This document shows, piece after piece, positions 55,272-64,000 of a stretch of DNA of 64,000 nt. Every line of letters starts with the position of its first letter. The stretch's first letter is position 1. The position numbers and the translations under genes are program-made. Origin of the DNA: Kiritimatiellia bacterium (GTDB lineage Bacteria > Verrucomicrobiota > Kiritimatiellia > RFP12 > UBA1067); the NCBI GenBank assembly GCA_045599105.1, contig JAZRVL010000043.1, positions 1,103 to 65,102 on the forward strand, read 5' to 3'. The notes beneath the pieces were generated by a model, which ran no database searches, had not been told where the DNA came from, and worked only from the letters and a program-made list of their open reading frames with translations.

Positions 55272-55982
55272 ATGACAATGAATATTAAAACATATGTAAT
55301 TAACCTTGATCGCAACCCCGAGCGGCTTGAGCACATGCAAGCGGTTCTCGGCGACTTGGGGCTAGAGTATGAGCGCATCGCTGGAGTCGATGGTAAGGCG
55401 CTTTCCGAGTCGGAAATGGCGAAGGCGTTTAACGCCAAACGCTCCTATATTGCGAAAAGGGGCTATCAGTTGTGCGCGGGCGAAATCGGATGCGCGCTTT
55501 CGCATCTTTCGGTTTATCGCAAGATGGTCGAAGGCAATATTCCGCTGGCTTTGGTTTTTGAAGATGATGTTAAAATCGAGAGCAGTTTTAAGAATGCGCT
55601 TGCCAAGACGATGGGTGCGGTTGATGTTTCCCGGCGGCAGGTCGTGCTTTTCTCCTGTTATCGAATGAAGGATGCGGAAGTGGGATTTGAAGGGCTTAAG
55701 CGGGTTAAGTCCATGGCTTGCACCGACGGATATCTTATTACCTTACCGGCGGCGAAGGCCGTTCTCGAATACAACTATCCGGTTATTGTCCCGGCTGATG
55801 ATTGGCGGAAGTTCCGCAAGCATTGCGGAGTCGAGCTATATAAGTGTCTGCCGCCGACGGTTGAGCAAATGCCTGGAAGTTTTACGACGAATGCGGCGGT
55901 GAATGCGGATTCGACGAATGGCTTGCAAAGGGCGTGGTTGTGGGTCGAGGATTGGTTTTTGTCAAGAATTCTTGGCAAATAA
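55272..55982 (+). CDS. GT25 glycosyltransferase
   Basis: YVINL...ER, GEIGCALSH and FEDD motifs. Confidence 0.9.
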   Translation: MTMNIKTYVINLDRNPERLEHMQAVLGDLGLEYERIAGVDGKALSESEMAKAFNAKRSYIAKRGYQLCAGEIGCALSHLSVYRKMVEGNIPLALVFEDDVKIESSFKNALAKTMGAVDVSRRQVVLFSCYRMKDAEVGFEGLKRVKSMACTDGYLITLPAAKAVLEYNYPVIVPADDWRKFRKHCGVELYKCLPPTVEQMPGSFTTNAAVNADSTNGLQRAWLWVEDWFLSRILGK

Positions 55983-56018
55983 CCAATACTTCTTGCTAAA
56001 TATGATAAAATACACTGC

Positions 56019-56792
56019 ATGAACATTCTTACACTTAAGTGGGGCAAGATGTATGATGCGGGATATGTTAACCGTATTTATCGAGGGGTTAAGCGCTATC
56101 TTCATCAGCCATTTCGATTTGTCTGTGTAACTGACGATCCAATGGGATTAGAAGCAGGAATCGATGCTCAACCATTTCCCGAAAAGCCAGATTGGCTTAA
56201 GCTTAATGGGCGTTATCCTGTGTGGCCAAATATTTACATTAAACTACTCGTTTTTGAAAATGGCTTTGCGAAACTTGATGGACCAACTCTCTTCCTTGAT
56301 ATCGATCAGATCATTACCGGCGATCTCGATCCGTTTTTCGAATATAAAAAGGGCGAGTTTTGTATTATCCGTAACTGGGTCGCCTTTAGAAAGCGCATTC
56401 TCCGTCCAGTGCCGTTTTGCGGAAATTCCTCATGCTTTCGATTCGACGCGGGCGAGAAGAGCGACTATATTTTTCAAAAGTTCAAGACGGAGATCGATAC
56501 CGCGCTCGATCCCGAAGTTTACGGTACCGAACAGGAATATATGACTCACGCCGTCGGCTTCGAGAAGGTGAATTTCTGGCCGGAGAATTTCGTTCGTTCC
56601 TTTAAGCGTACTTGCACTTGGCCTTGGCCGTTCAATCACTTTTTAGTGCCGAGACTGAAAAAGGATACCCACATTCTTTGCTTCCACGGTTTCCCGACGC
56701 CCGAGCAGGCGATTGCCGGATTCAGGGGCTCCAAGCACATTGATGGTTGGACTCGACCCGCGCCCTGGATTAAGGAACTTTGGGATAAATAA
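56019..56792 (+). CDS. Putative glycosyltransferase (KWG..Y...YVN family, GT-A fold)
   Basis: LKWG.MY..YVN, FVCVTDD, LFLDID, NSS and FHG.P motifs; TGATAAAAT 7 nt upstream. Confidence 0.7.
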   Translation: MNILTLKWGKMYDAGYVNRIYRGVKRYLHQPFRFVCVTDDPMGLEAGIDAQPFPEKPDWLKLNGRYPVWPNIYIKLLVFENGFAKLDGPTLFLDIDQIITGDLDPFFEYKKGEFCIIRNWVAFRKRILRPVPFCGNSSCFRFDAGEKSDYIFQKFKTEIDTALDPEVYGTEQEYMTHAVGFEKVNFWPENFVRSFKRTCTWPWPFNHFLVPRLKKDTHILCFHGFPTPEQAIAGFRGSKHIDGWTRPAPWIKELWDK

Positions 56793-57481
56793 TGCGCTAT
56801 TTCCTTATCAATCTTGCCAAAAACACCGAGCGACTTGGATTTATGGAGTCCGAGTTTAATTCGCTGGGGTTAAAGCTTGAGCGGATTGACGCAATCTACG
56901 GCAAGGAGCTTACGACAACTGAACGAAAACAACGCTTTGCATCTTTAAGATCGTTAATTGCGATGCGTAGGCGTATGAGCGATGGAGAAATTGGCTGCGC
57001 GCTTTCGCATATTAAGGTGTGTAAAAAGATGGTGGACGAGGGAGTGCCGGCTGCATGCATTTTTGAAGATGATGTAATTATTGACAATCGTTTCCTCGAA
57101 GTTCTTAAGATGGTTGAGGGCAAGCTTGATTTAGCTCGACCACAGGCAGTTGTGTTTTCTGGCTATCATATTAATGGCGCGGAGTCGTTCCCATTTGAAC
57201 TTAAGCGCGAACAGGCGATTTGGTGTGCAGATGCTTATCTTTTAACACTCCCAGCAGCAAAGCTTATCCTTAAGGTAAACTCACCCGTAATCACAGTGGC
57301 CGATGCGTTTAAACGTTGGAGGAGATTTTTCGGGCTTGAACTTTATCATGCATTTCCTTCGACTGCGAAGCAGGCCAATGATCAGTTCGGTAGCGATCTC
57401 AACATCCCAAAGAAAGTGAATTGGCTGTTGCGACAAGTATTCTGGCTAATCGATTTTATTCTTATCAAGGTGGGTAAATGA
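56792..57481 (+). CDS. GT25 glycosyltransferase
   Basis: LINL...ER, GEIGCALSH and FEDD motifs; paralogue of 55272-55982. Confidence 0.9.
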   Translation: MRYFLINLAKNTERLGFMESEFNSLGLKLERIDAIYGKELTTTERKQRFASLRSLIAMRRRMSDGEIGCALSHIKVCKKMVDEGVPAACIFEDDVIIDNRFLEVLKMVEGKLDLARPQAVVFSGYHINGAESFPFELKREQAIWCADAYLLTLPAAKLILKVNSPVITVADAFKRWRRFFGLELYHAFPSTAKQANDQFGSDLNIPKKVNWLLRQVFWLIDFILIKVGK

Positions 57482-58413
57482 AGAACTTGCGGATTAAGTT
57501 TATTGACGGCTGGCGGGGCTGGGAAATGGAGGACTATTTCATTTATCAAGTCCTTAAAGAGCGCTACCATCTTGAGCTTACCGATAAAAATCCTGATTAT
57601 GTTGTTTCGATTGGGGTTGGATTTGGAGACACTGATTTTAAATATCCTAATGCGATAAAACTCGTTTTTATTGGTGAGAATCGCACTCCCGACTTTAATC
57701 GGTTTGACTATGCCATTGGTTTTGACCATCTGCAGTTCGGCGATCGGTATTTACGGATGCCACTTTTTGTGACGTATCCAGGCTATCGGAGATTACTCGC
57801 TCGCACTGATCGTCCATCCGAAGCGGAGTTATTAAATCGTAAATTCTGCAGTTTTGTCGTTTCCAATCGCCATGGTGATCCATTGCGGGAAGAGTTTTTC
57901 CATCGGCTTTCGAAATATAAGCAAGTAGATTCGGGTGGAAGGGTGCTTAATAATATTGGTGGACGAGTTGCCGATAAATTAGAGTTTTGTTCCAAGTATA
58001 AGTTCAACATTGCTTTTGAAAATAGCGTTTATTCTGGATACACTACCGAGAAGCTGATTGAAGCGCTTGCCGCCGATACAGTTCCCGTTTACTATGGAGA
58101 TCCCTTGGTTGCGGAAGACGTAAATTTAGCATCGATAGTGCAAGTTAAGGATCGTGAGGATGTGGAGCGAGCGGTGGAGGAGATTGTTGAATTGGATAAG
58201 AACGACGATAAGTATCTTGAGAAGTGCCTCGTTGATCCGCTTGTAAAGGCAAAGGATTTTTACGACTCGGCGGTTCGTCAATTTCTTTTTCACATATTCG
58301 ACGCACCGCTTGAATCTGCACGACGACTCGCGCGATTTGGCAGTCAGGCGAATTATCGTGACGAATTGAAATCTTTTTATTGTCCTAAATTCCCAATGTC
58401 GCTATTTAGATAA
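57478..58413 (+). CDS. GT10 alpha-1,3/4-fucosyltransferase-like protein
   Basis: KFCSFVVSN, VDSGG and YKFNIAFENS...GYTTEKL...VPVYYG motifs. Confidence 0.9.
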   Translation: MKNLRIKFIDGWRGWEMEDYFIYQVLKERYHLELTDKNPDYVVSIGVGFGDTDFKYPNAIKLVFIGENRTPDFNRFDYAIGFDHLQFGDRYLRMPLFVTYPGYRRLLARTDRPSEAELLNRKFCSFVVSNRHGDPLREEFFHRLSKYKQVDSGGRVLNNIGGRVADKLEFCSKYKFNIAFENSVYSGYTTEKLIEALAADTVPVYYGDPLVAEDVNLASIVQVKDREDVERAVEEIVELDKNDDKYLEKCLVDPLVKAKDFYDSAVRQFLFHIFDAPLESARRLARFGSQANYRDELKSFYCPKFPMSLFR

Positions 58414-60111
58414 ATGACAAATCCAATTTCCATTTCATTTGTTATTTCCGACAACTACGCGCAGCATTTAGCGGTATTTGCGGTTTCGGTGTTGGAAAAC
58501 AATCCTCATAGTGAATTTGTTTTTCATGTTCTTCATCGCAATGTGAGCGAGGAAAATAAAGCGACAATTAAGAAATTGGAAGAGTTTTATTCAGGCCGGT
58601 GTGCAGTTGTCTTCCATTTGGTAACCTCGAATGATATTCAAGATTTTCCTATTCCAACGAGCGTCGACCATATTTCCGTTGAAAGTTATTTTCGATATTT
58701 ACTTCCGACGGTGTTGTCCAATGAGGCGCGTACAATTTATTCAGATGTGGATGTACTTTGCGCTGGGGATATTACCGAACTTTGGAATATCGATCTTAAG
58801 GGTAATTCAATCGCCGCAGTACGCGACAAGCATGTGGACGCGGATGTAAAGCGGCATAATCTTGAAATTGGGCTTTCTCCCGATGCCCAGTATTACCATG
58901 ATGGACTTTTGGTGCTGGATCTTGAAAAAATGCGTGCGGAAGGTGCGGTTGAAAAACTTTTCGTGGCTACCCAAAAAGCCGCTCTTACACCAGGATATGC
59001 CGGAGATATGGATGCGTATAATATGGTCTTTGCGGGGCGCATTACTGAGATTGATGAAAAATTCAATAGTTGCGATAAATATAATGCAAAACGCAATGAT
59101 GTCGTTATTTGGCATTTTCCTGGCGTGGTAGCAAAGCCGTGGTGTAACATTCCCAAGAATCGCTCGTGGAGGTTGTATTTAAAGTATCTTAAATTATCTC
59201 CCTATAGGAACAGCGTTTTTCGCTTCCTTTGGGGACGGATTCGTGGACTTGTTTATTTCTCTTATCTCAAAAACGGTATTCGTCGTTATCTAATATTGGG
59301 AATTCGAGTTTATAAGAAGAAAGTTTCCAATAAATCGTATGATCTTGTCGTTGGCTTGGGGCAGAATTGCTCCACCGCCACCTATATGATGCGTAATGGT
59401 CTTAGGTCGTTCTCTTCTCCATTTGATTGGATAGGCGGTGAGAACAAGGGCGATGGGCTTGATAGGCGGATAAAGATAATTGAGAATGGATTTGAAAACT
59501 TCATGTCGCTGTCGTCATTTGTTTTGGAAAGTGACAGCGGAGAGGATGAACGCTTTATGCATTATCGCAATCTGGATACTGCTTTTTTGTGGCTTCATGA
59601 TTTTAAGCGAGAAGTGAGTATTGAAAAGGTTTACCCGTCGGTACGCGCAAAGTATGAGCGTAGGATTGGTCGGATGTATAAATTAGCGAAAAAAGCAAAG
59701 CATTTACTTTTCATATACACTTCTCTTGACTCTGAAGATTTTTCTGACAAGGCGGTTAACTCTTTTTTGCATAGATTGCGCAAACAATTCGGCGACAAGG
59801 CGGATTTGTTGATTTTGAAAAATGTCAAAGATCAATATGGAACCAGTGATGTGAAAAATGTTTGCTTAGGTGCAACCATAATTAAAGGCGGATTTTATCC
59901 TTCTCAATTTGATTGGGTGGGAGATAGAAAGCTTAATAACATTATTTATAAACAAATACCTAAAAGTTGGAATCTATGGATAAATTTCATATTTTACAAG
60001 ATTAGGGTATTTCTTGTTGCTTTTATTTCTAATATTATTCCCAATCGTACCGCACGGCATTCTATTAGGCATATTGTGCGTCATGGATTAGGAATTGATG
60101 GAGTCTTATAA
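58414..60111 (+). CDS. GT8 glycosyltransferase fused to a DUF1796-like domain
   Basis: YFRY...YSDVD, HF...KPW; then LGQNC...SPFDW...HDF...KYERRI.R. Confidence 0.8.
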   Translation: MTNPISISFVISDNYAQHLAVFAVSVLENNPHSEFVFHVLHRNVSEENKATIKKLEEFYSGRCAVVFHLVTSNDIQDFPIPTSVDHISVESYFRYLLPTVLSNEARTIYSDVDVLCAGDITELWNIDLKGNSIAAVRDKHVDADVKRHNLEIGLSPDAQYYHDGLLVLDLEKMRAEGAVEKLFVATQKAALTPGYAGDMDAYNMVFAGRITEIDEKFNSCDKYNAKRNDVVIWHFPGVVAKPWCNIPKNRSWRLYLKYLKLSPYRNSVFRFLWGRIRGLVYFSYLKNGIRRYLILGIRVYKKKVSNKSYDLVVGLGQNCSTATYMMRNGLRSFSSPFDWIGGENKGDGLDRRIKIIENGFENFMSLSSFVLESDSGEDERFMHYRNLDTAFLWLHDFKREVSIEKVYPSVRAKYERRIGRMYKLAKKAKHLLFIYTSLDSEDFSDKAVNSFLHRLRKQFGDKADLLILKNVKDQYGTSDVKNVCLGATIIKGGFYPSQFDWVGDRKLNNIIYKQIPKSWNLWINFIFYKIRVFLVAFISNIIPNRTARHSIRHIVRHGLGIDGVL

Positions 60112-60237
60112 ACAATTCTGGTACAAAATGAATATAGCTAAATGTAAAGACATTGTCATTTTGTGCCTCTCAGACGTAGCTGCAAGGGCGTGGTATATAT
60201 TCAGAATTATGGTATGCAAGGAAAATGGGGTGACATC

Positions 60238-61164
60238 GTGAACAATAAACTGATGATAATAAGGGTGGATGGCGGAATATGCTCACAAATTTCTTTTGTC
60301 GCATTGGGCTTATATTTGTCGCGAAAGTTTGCTGATCAGGGAGTAATTGTCAAATACGACTTGTCATGGTTTAAAGATACTGGAGTTGATCTTACTGGAA
60401 AATTTGTACGTAATTGGGATTTCCCGAAAGCATTCCCTGAAATATTGGTGGAATCGGCGAATGATGAGGAAATTGATTATTATAGGCGTAAATACAATAA
60501 TCGTGGTCCAAACTGCAAGGATTTCAAGCCGCCATTGTATGTTGATGGATATCCAGATGTTGGATATGCGTTGGATCAGGTAAGAGATTGTTTGCGCGAT
60601 GCATTTCAACCTCAATTAGGACGAGAGGATTTCGAGTGGGCAAGGAAGATTGGAGAGTGTGAATCGTGCGCAATTCATGTTCGACGAGGAGATTTATCGG
60701 TGTTCAATGTTGCATACGGCAATCCTGCTAGTCTGGATTATTTTACAAAGGCGGTAGGTTTAGTGAGATTGCTTCATCCTAATGTAAAGTTTTTCTTTTT
60801 TTCAGACGAGTTGGACTATGTGGAAAGTGAATTATTGCCGATATTACCACGGGATTTAAATTATGATGTGGTGTATGGGAACGGTAGTGATCGTGGGTAT
60901 ATGGATTTGTTTTTGATTTCAAGGTGTGATTATGTTATATCATCCGCTGGGTCGTTGGGAGTTTATGGTGCAGATTTATCTTGCAAATGTAAATTGTTGA
61001 TAATGAATCGCAATCGCGACTATTGTTTTCAATATATGAAAAATGTTGTTTATCTAAATGATTCGTATCATCGGTGGGCTGGAGATGCCTCGGTGCGTAA
61101 GCATGGAATATGGCGAATTCCGTGGCGAGTTTGGAAGTGGCTTGATTATTTGTTGAAGCGATGA
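60238..61164 (+). CDS. GT11 alpha-1,2-fucosyltransferase-like protein (start uncertain: 60163, 60214 or 60238)
   Basis: RVDGGICSQ, AIHVRRGD, FFSDE and DLFLIS.C motifs. Confidence 0.85.
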   Translation: MNNKLMIIRVDGGICSQISFVALGLYLSRKFADQGVIVKYDLSWFKDTGVDLTGKFVRNWDFPKAFPEILVESANDEEIDYYRRKYNNRGPNCKDFKPPLYVDGYPDVGYALDQVRDCLRDAFQPQLGREDFEWARKIGECESCAIHVRRGDLSVFNVAYGNPASLDYFTKAVGLVRLLHPNVKFFFFSDELDYVESELLPILPRDLNYDVVYGNGSDRGYMDLFLISRCDYVISSAGSLGVYGADLSCKCKLLIMNRNRDYCFQYMKNVVYLNDSYHRWAGDASVRKHGIWRIPWRVWKWLDYLLKR

Positions 61165-62270
61165 TGGAGGCGAGCGAAATGAATATTCCACAAATATCAA
61201 TATTGGCACTTGTTTATAATCATGAACGTTGGATTAATTCGTTCTTGAAGAGTGTGCTCGCGCAGACCGATGGCAGGTGGGAACTTATTTTGGTTGATGA
61301 TTGCAGTTCGGATGCGACAATTGATATAATCAATTCATTTAACGATCCGCGGATACGAGTTATTAGGCATAAGATTAACTTGGGAATTAATGCTGGAATA
61401 AATGATGCGGTGTTAGCTGCGCAAGCACCAATCTGCGCTTTAATTGCGGCCGATGATGTATTGGAGTCAGATTATGTCAAGACGATGTTGGATGGATTTG
61501 CAACTCATCGCAATTGCGGGGTTGGGTATGCAAGATTTGCCGTAATCAACGAACATGGGAAACGAACTGGTAAATTGTCGGAGGTCGAATTTGTTGGCGA
61601 AGTTTCAGGAAAGGAATTGTTCCGTAAGCTATTTTTCGAGAGAACGTCAATTGCTTCTCCTGGTATGGCGTTTAGGACGGAAGCGATTAGGGCGATAACT
61701 CCGATTCCCGTTGGATATTGTCAGTGCCAAGACTATTTTATTGAAATTATGCTTGCTATGCACAATTCGGCATTTTTCATTAACGAACCAGTGGTTGGGT
61801 ATCGATGTGCGGGACAAGGTGTATCTCAAAATGGCGGAAGAAGAGTTCGTTTGCATTATGCGGCAGAGGTGCAACTTGTGCTTGATGATGTGTCTAGGAT
61901 GATTTTTGACGATGAGACGTTGCGTAAATATTTTGGAGATATTGAAATTTTGCCAAAGGATTCTATACCTAATGATATGATTGAGTTTTGGTTGGGTAGG
62001 TTGGCGATGCGATCGCCAGAAATCGAGAAGCGCGAATGGGGCTTGCGTAAAGTAATTGGCAAGATGAATGAGAGAGATGGAGCCGCAATTCTTCGAGAAC
62101 GATACGACTGGGGATTTGGGAATTGCATAACGGCTTTTACTGGCAGTCCAATTCCACTTACGCGGACCGAACAACGGTTGCAGCGGTATGTATTGAGAGT
62201 GAAAATTTTGAGTGCTTTAATTATCACAATAATTATCGGTGTTGTTGTGCGTTATGTCGTTTTTTTTTAA
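61161..62270 (+). CDS. GT2 glycosyltransferase with a C-terminal TM helix
   Basis: YNHE...SVLAQT...ELILVDDCSSD and AADD motifs. Confidence 0.88.
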   Translation: MMEASEMNIPQISILALVYNHERWINSFLKSVLAQTDGRWELILVDDCSSDATIDIINSFNDPRIRVIRHKINLGINAGINDAVLAAQAPICALIAADDVLESDYVKTMLDGFATHRNCGVGYARFAVINEHGKRTGKLSEVEFVGEVSGKELFRKLFFERTSIASPGMAFRTEAIRAITPIPVGYCQCQDYFIEIMLAMHNSAFFINEPVVGYRCAGQGVSQNGGRRVRLHYAAEVQLVLDDVSRMIFDDETLRKYFGDIEILPKDSIPNDMIEFWLGRLAMRSPEIEKREWGLRKVIGKMNERDGAAILRERYDWGFGNCITAFTGSPIPLTRTEQRLQRYVLRVKILSALIITIIIGVVVRYVVFF

Positions 62271-62328
62271 TTGATGTGCAGTAACATAATATATGATTGA
62301 CTTTAGTAGATATTGCAATTTTACATTC

Positions 62329-62358
62329 TTGACATCTAGTCAAATCAAGTGGTACAAT
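62329..62358 (+). promoter_or_regulatory. Sigma70-type promoter
   Basis: TTGACA (62329) and TACAAT (62353) 18 nt apart, with extended -10 TG. Confidence 0.7.
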
Positions 62359-62392
62359 TTCCTGTAGTTTCATTTAGTGATATTAAAAACTT

Positions 62393-62842
62393 ATGATTGC
62401 AAATGTTCAGGAAATTAAGTTTGTTGTTAAGGGTGATTCACGTGGCGCATTGATTGTTCAAGAAGGATTATCGGAATGTGTGCCATTTGAGATTAAGCGT
62501 GTGTTTTTTATTTTTGGCACTACTCCTGGAACGATTAGAGGCAGGCATGCGCATCATTGTAATCGGCAACTATTGGTTTGTGTGAGTGGAACATGTACGA
62601 TTCGGTGTGAGATGCCAAATGGCGTCAAGTCGCGTTATTTACTTGATAAAAGAGACAAGGGTCTGCTGATAGAGGGGATGGTGTGGCATGAGATGTGTGA
62701 ATTTTCAAAAGATGCAGTATTGCTTGTTCTCGCAAGCGAGCATTATGACGAGAGCGATTACATTCGCAAATATGATGATTTTAAGAGGCTTTCGAAAATG
62801 GCAATTGGTGAAATGTGTGATTGTGGGGAGTGTAAACGATGA
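62393..62842 (+). CDS. fdtA: dTDP-4-keto-6-deoxyglucose 3,4-ketoisomerase (FdtA/QdtA cupin)
   Basis: [19 protein letters not shown] and LLVLAS..YDE.DYIR motifs. Confidence 0.88.
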   Translation: MIANVQEIKFVVKGDSRGALIVQEGLSECVPFEIKRVFFIFGTTPGTIRGRHAHHCNRQLLVCVSGTCTIRCEMPNGVKSRYLLDKRDKGLLIEGMVWHEMCEFSKDAVLLVLASEHYDESDYIRKYDDFKRLSKMAIGEMCDCGECKR

Positions 62843-63312
62843 ACGTATTTATTCATAAATTGGCAGATGTCCATACTGATAAAATTGGAGATGGAACGCG
62901 TATTTGGCAGTTTTCTGTAGTTCTTAAGGGTGCAAAGATTGGTCGTAATTGTAATCTGTGCGCAAATACTTTTGTTGAAAATGATGTCTTAATAGGAGAC
63001 AATGTAACTCTTAAGTGCGGAGTATTTTTGTGGGATGGCTTAAGGGTTGAGGACAATGTTTTTATTGGTCCTAATGTTTCGTTTTGCAATGATCGTTATC
63101 CACGTTCTGGAGTGCGTGATGAACGAAGAACACTTATGCAAACAACAATAAAAAAAGGTGCTTCTATTGGAGCTGGCGCAGTAATACTTCCAGGAGTTAC
63201 GATTGGCGAAGATTCTATTGTTGGCGCTGGTGCCATTGTTGTGGGAGATGTTCCTAAAAATGCAACTGTTGTTGGTGTATGGGGTTCTAGTAAAGGTGGC
63301 GCTAAAATATGA
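62839..63312 (+). CDS. Hexapeptide-repeat sugar N-acetyltransferase (FdtC/WxcM-like)
   Basis: IH.LADV....IG.GTRIWQF, FIGPNV.F.ND.YPRS motifs and hexapeptide repeats. Confidence 0.88.
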   Translation: MNVFIHKLADVHTDKIGDGTRIWQFSVVLKGAKIGRNCNLCANTFVENDVLIGDNVTLKCGVFLWDGLRVEDNVFIGPNVSFCNDRYPRSGVRDERRTLMQTTIKKGASIGAGAVILPGVTIGEDSIVGAGAIVVGDVPKNATVVGVWGSSKGGAKI

Positions 63313-64000
63313 TTCAATTTTTATCATTAAAGTCAATAACCGATAAGTATTCTACAGAAATTTACGAAGCTGTACATCGTGTTGTGGATTCTGGTTGGTA
63401 TTTACAAGGCAAAGAAAATGAAGCTTTTGAGCGCGAATATGCAGAATATATTGGAGTTAAGTATTGCATTGGTTGTGCTAATGGGTTGGATGCTTTAATT
63501 TGGATTATTCGTGCGTATAAGGAACTTGGAGTATTTAAAGACGGCGATGAAATTATTGTCCCTGCCAATACTTACATTGCAACAATTCTTGCGATAACGG
63601 AAAATAATCTTAAGGCAGTACTCGTAGAGCCGCGATTTGATACGCTTGAAATTGACGATTCGTTACTTGAGTTGCACTTAACGAAGCGAACTAAGGCAGT
63701 TATGATTGTTCATCTTTATGGACGCTGCGCTTATACAGAGAAAATTGCGGCATTTTGTAAGAAGAATAATTTAAAATTACTTGAGGATAATGCTCAGGCA
63801 CATGGTTGCGCTTGTTGTAATCGAAAGACGGGATCTCTTGGTGATGCAGCAGGACATTCATTTTATCCGGGGAAGAATTTGGGGGCACTCGGAGATGCTG
63901 GTGCTGTGACGACGAATGATTCGGATGTGGCCTCTTGTATTCGCGCACTGGCAAATTATGGGAGTCAGAAGAAGTATGTATTTGGATATTGTGGAAGAAA
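63309..64000 (+). CDS. DegT/DnrJ/EryC1/StrS aminotransferase (FdtB-like), 3'-truncated by the window edge
   Basis: Absent from the ORF track; hand translation MIQFLSLK...SGWY...CANGLDAL...VPANTYIAT...EDNAQAHG...[15 protein letters not shown]. Confidence 0.9.
   Translation, partial: MIQFLSLKSITDKYSTEIYEAVHRVVDSGWYLQGKENEAFEREYAEYIGVKYCIGCANGLDALIWIIRAYKELGVFKDGDEIIVPANTYIATILAITENNLKAVLVEPRFDTLEIDDSLLELHLTKRTKAVMIVHLYGRCAYTEKIAAFCKKNNLKLLEDNAQAHGCACCNRKTGSLGDAAGHSFYPGKNLGALGDAGAVTTNDSDVASCIRALANYGSQKKYVFGYCGR

Noticed and set aside
62260-62268. T9 homopolymer as a phase-variable switch
   Set aside because: It lies in the last codons of the GT2 gene, so slippage would alter only the extreme C-terminus.

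Overview
Bacterial chromosomal window in which every credible gene lies on the + strand. Gene content suggests an anaerobic, probably gut or rumen, member of the PVC group such as Kiritimatiellae; this is inference only. From left to right: (1) the 3' 11.8 kb of a giant (>3,900 aa) modular surface protein; (2) a small accessory block of toxin-antitoxin-like pairs and an AAA_14/DUF4143 ATPase, each module followed by a shared GTTTTC-x-GTTTTC-R-GGG(AC) junction motif; (3) tRNA-Cys, a GH31 glycosidase, a Na/Pi-transporter remnant, lactate permease, MurC-like ligase, Tex and a phosphoribosyltransferase; (4) a glycine-cleavage operon; (5) cofactor and lipid genes; (6) a Wza/beta-barrel/Wzy/Wzc polysaccharide export cluster; (7) housekeeping genes (rfbB, a GATase-less guaA, argC, ruvB, pgi, icd); (8) a glycosyltransferase cluster (GT2, GT25, GT10, GT8, GT11) ending in dTDP-3-acetamido-sugar genes cut by the window edge. 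The most unusual signals are a 13-bp repeat (CCTCCAACTATTC) embedded in-frame in several housekeeping genes, 32-bp-period repeats upstream of both DUF4143 ATPase genes, the junction-motif cassette block, a Wzc with a second N-terminal tyrosine cluster, and near-leaderless promoters. No database searches were run; family calls come from motif recognition.
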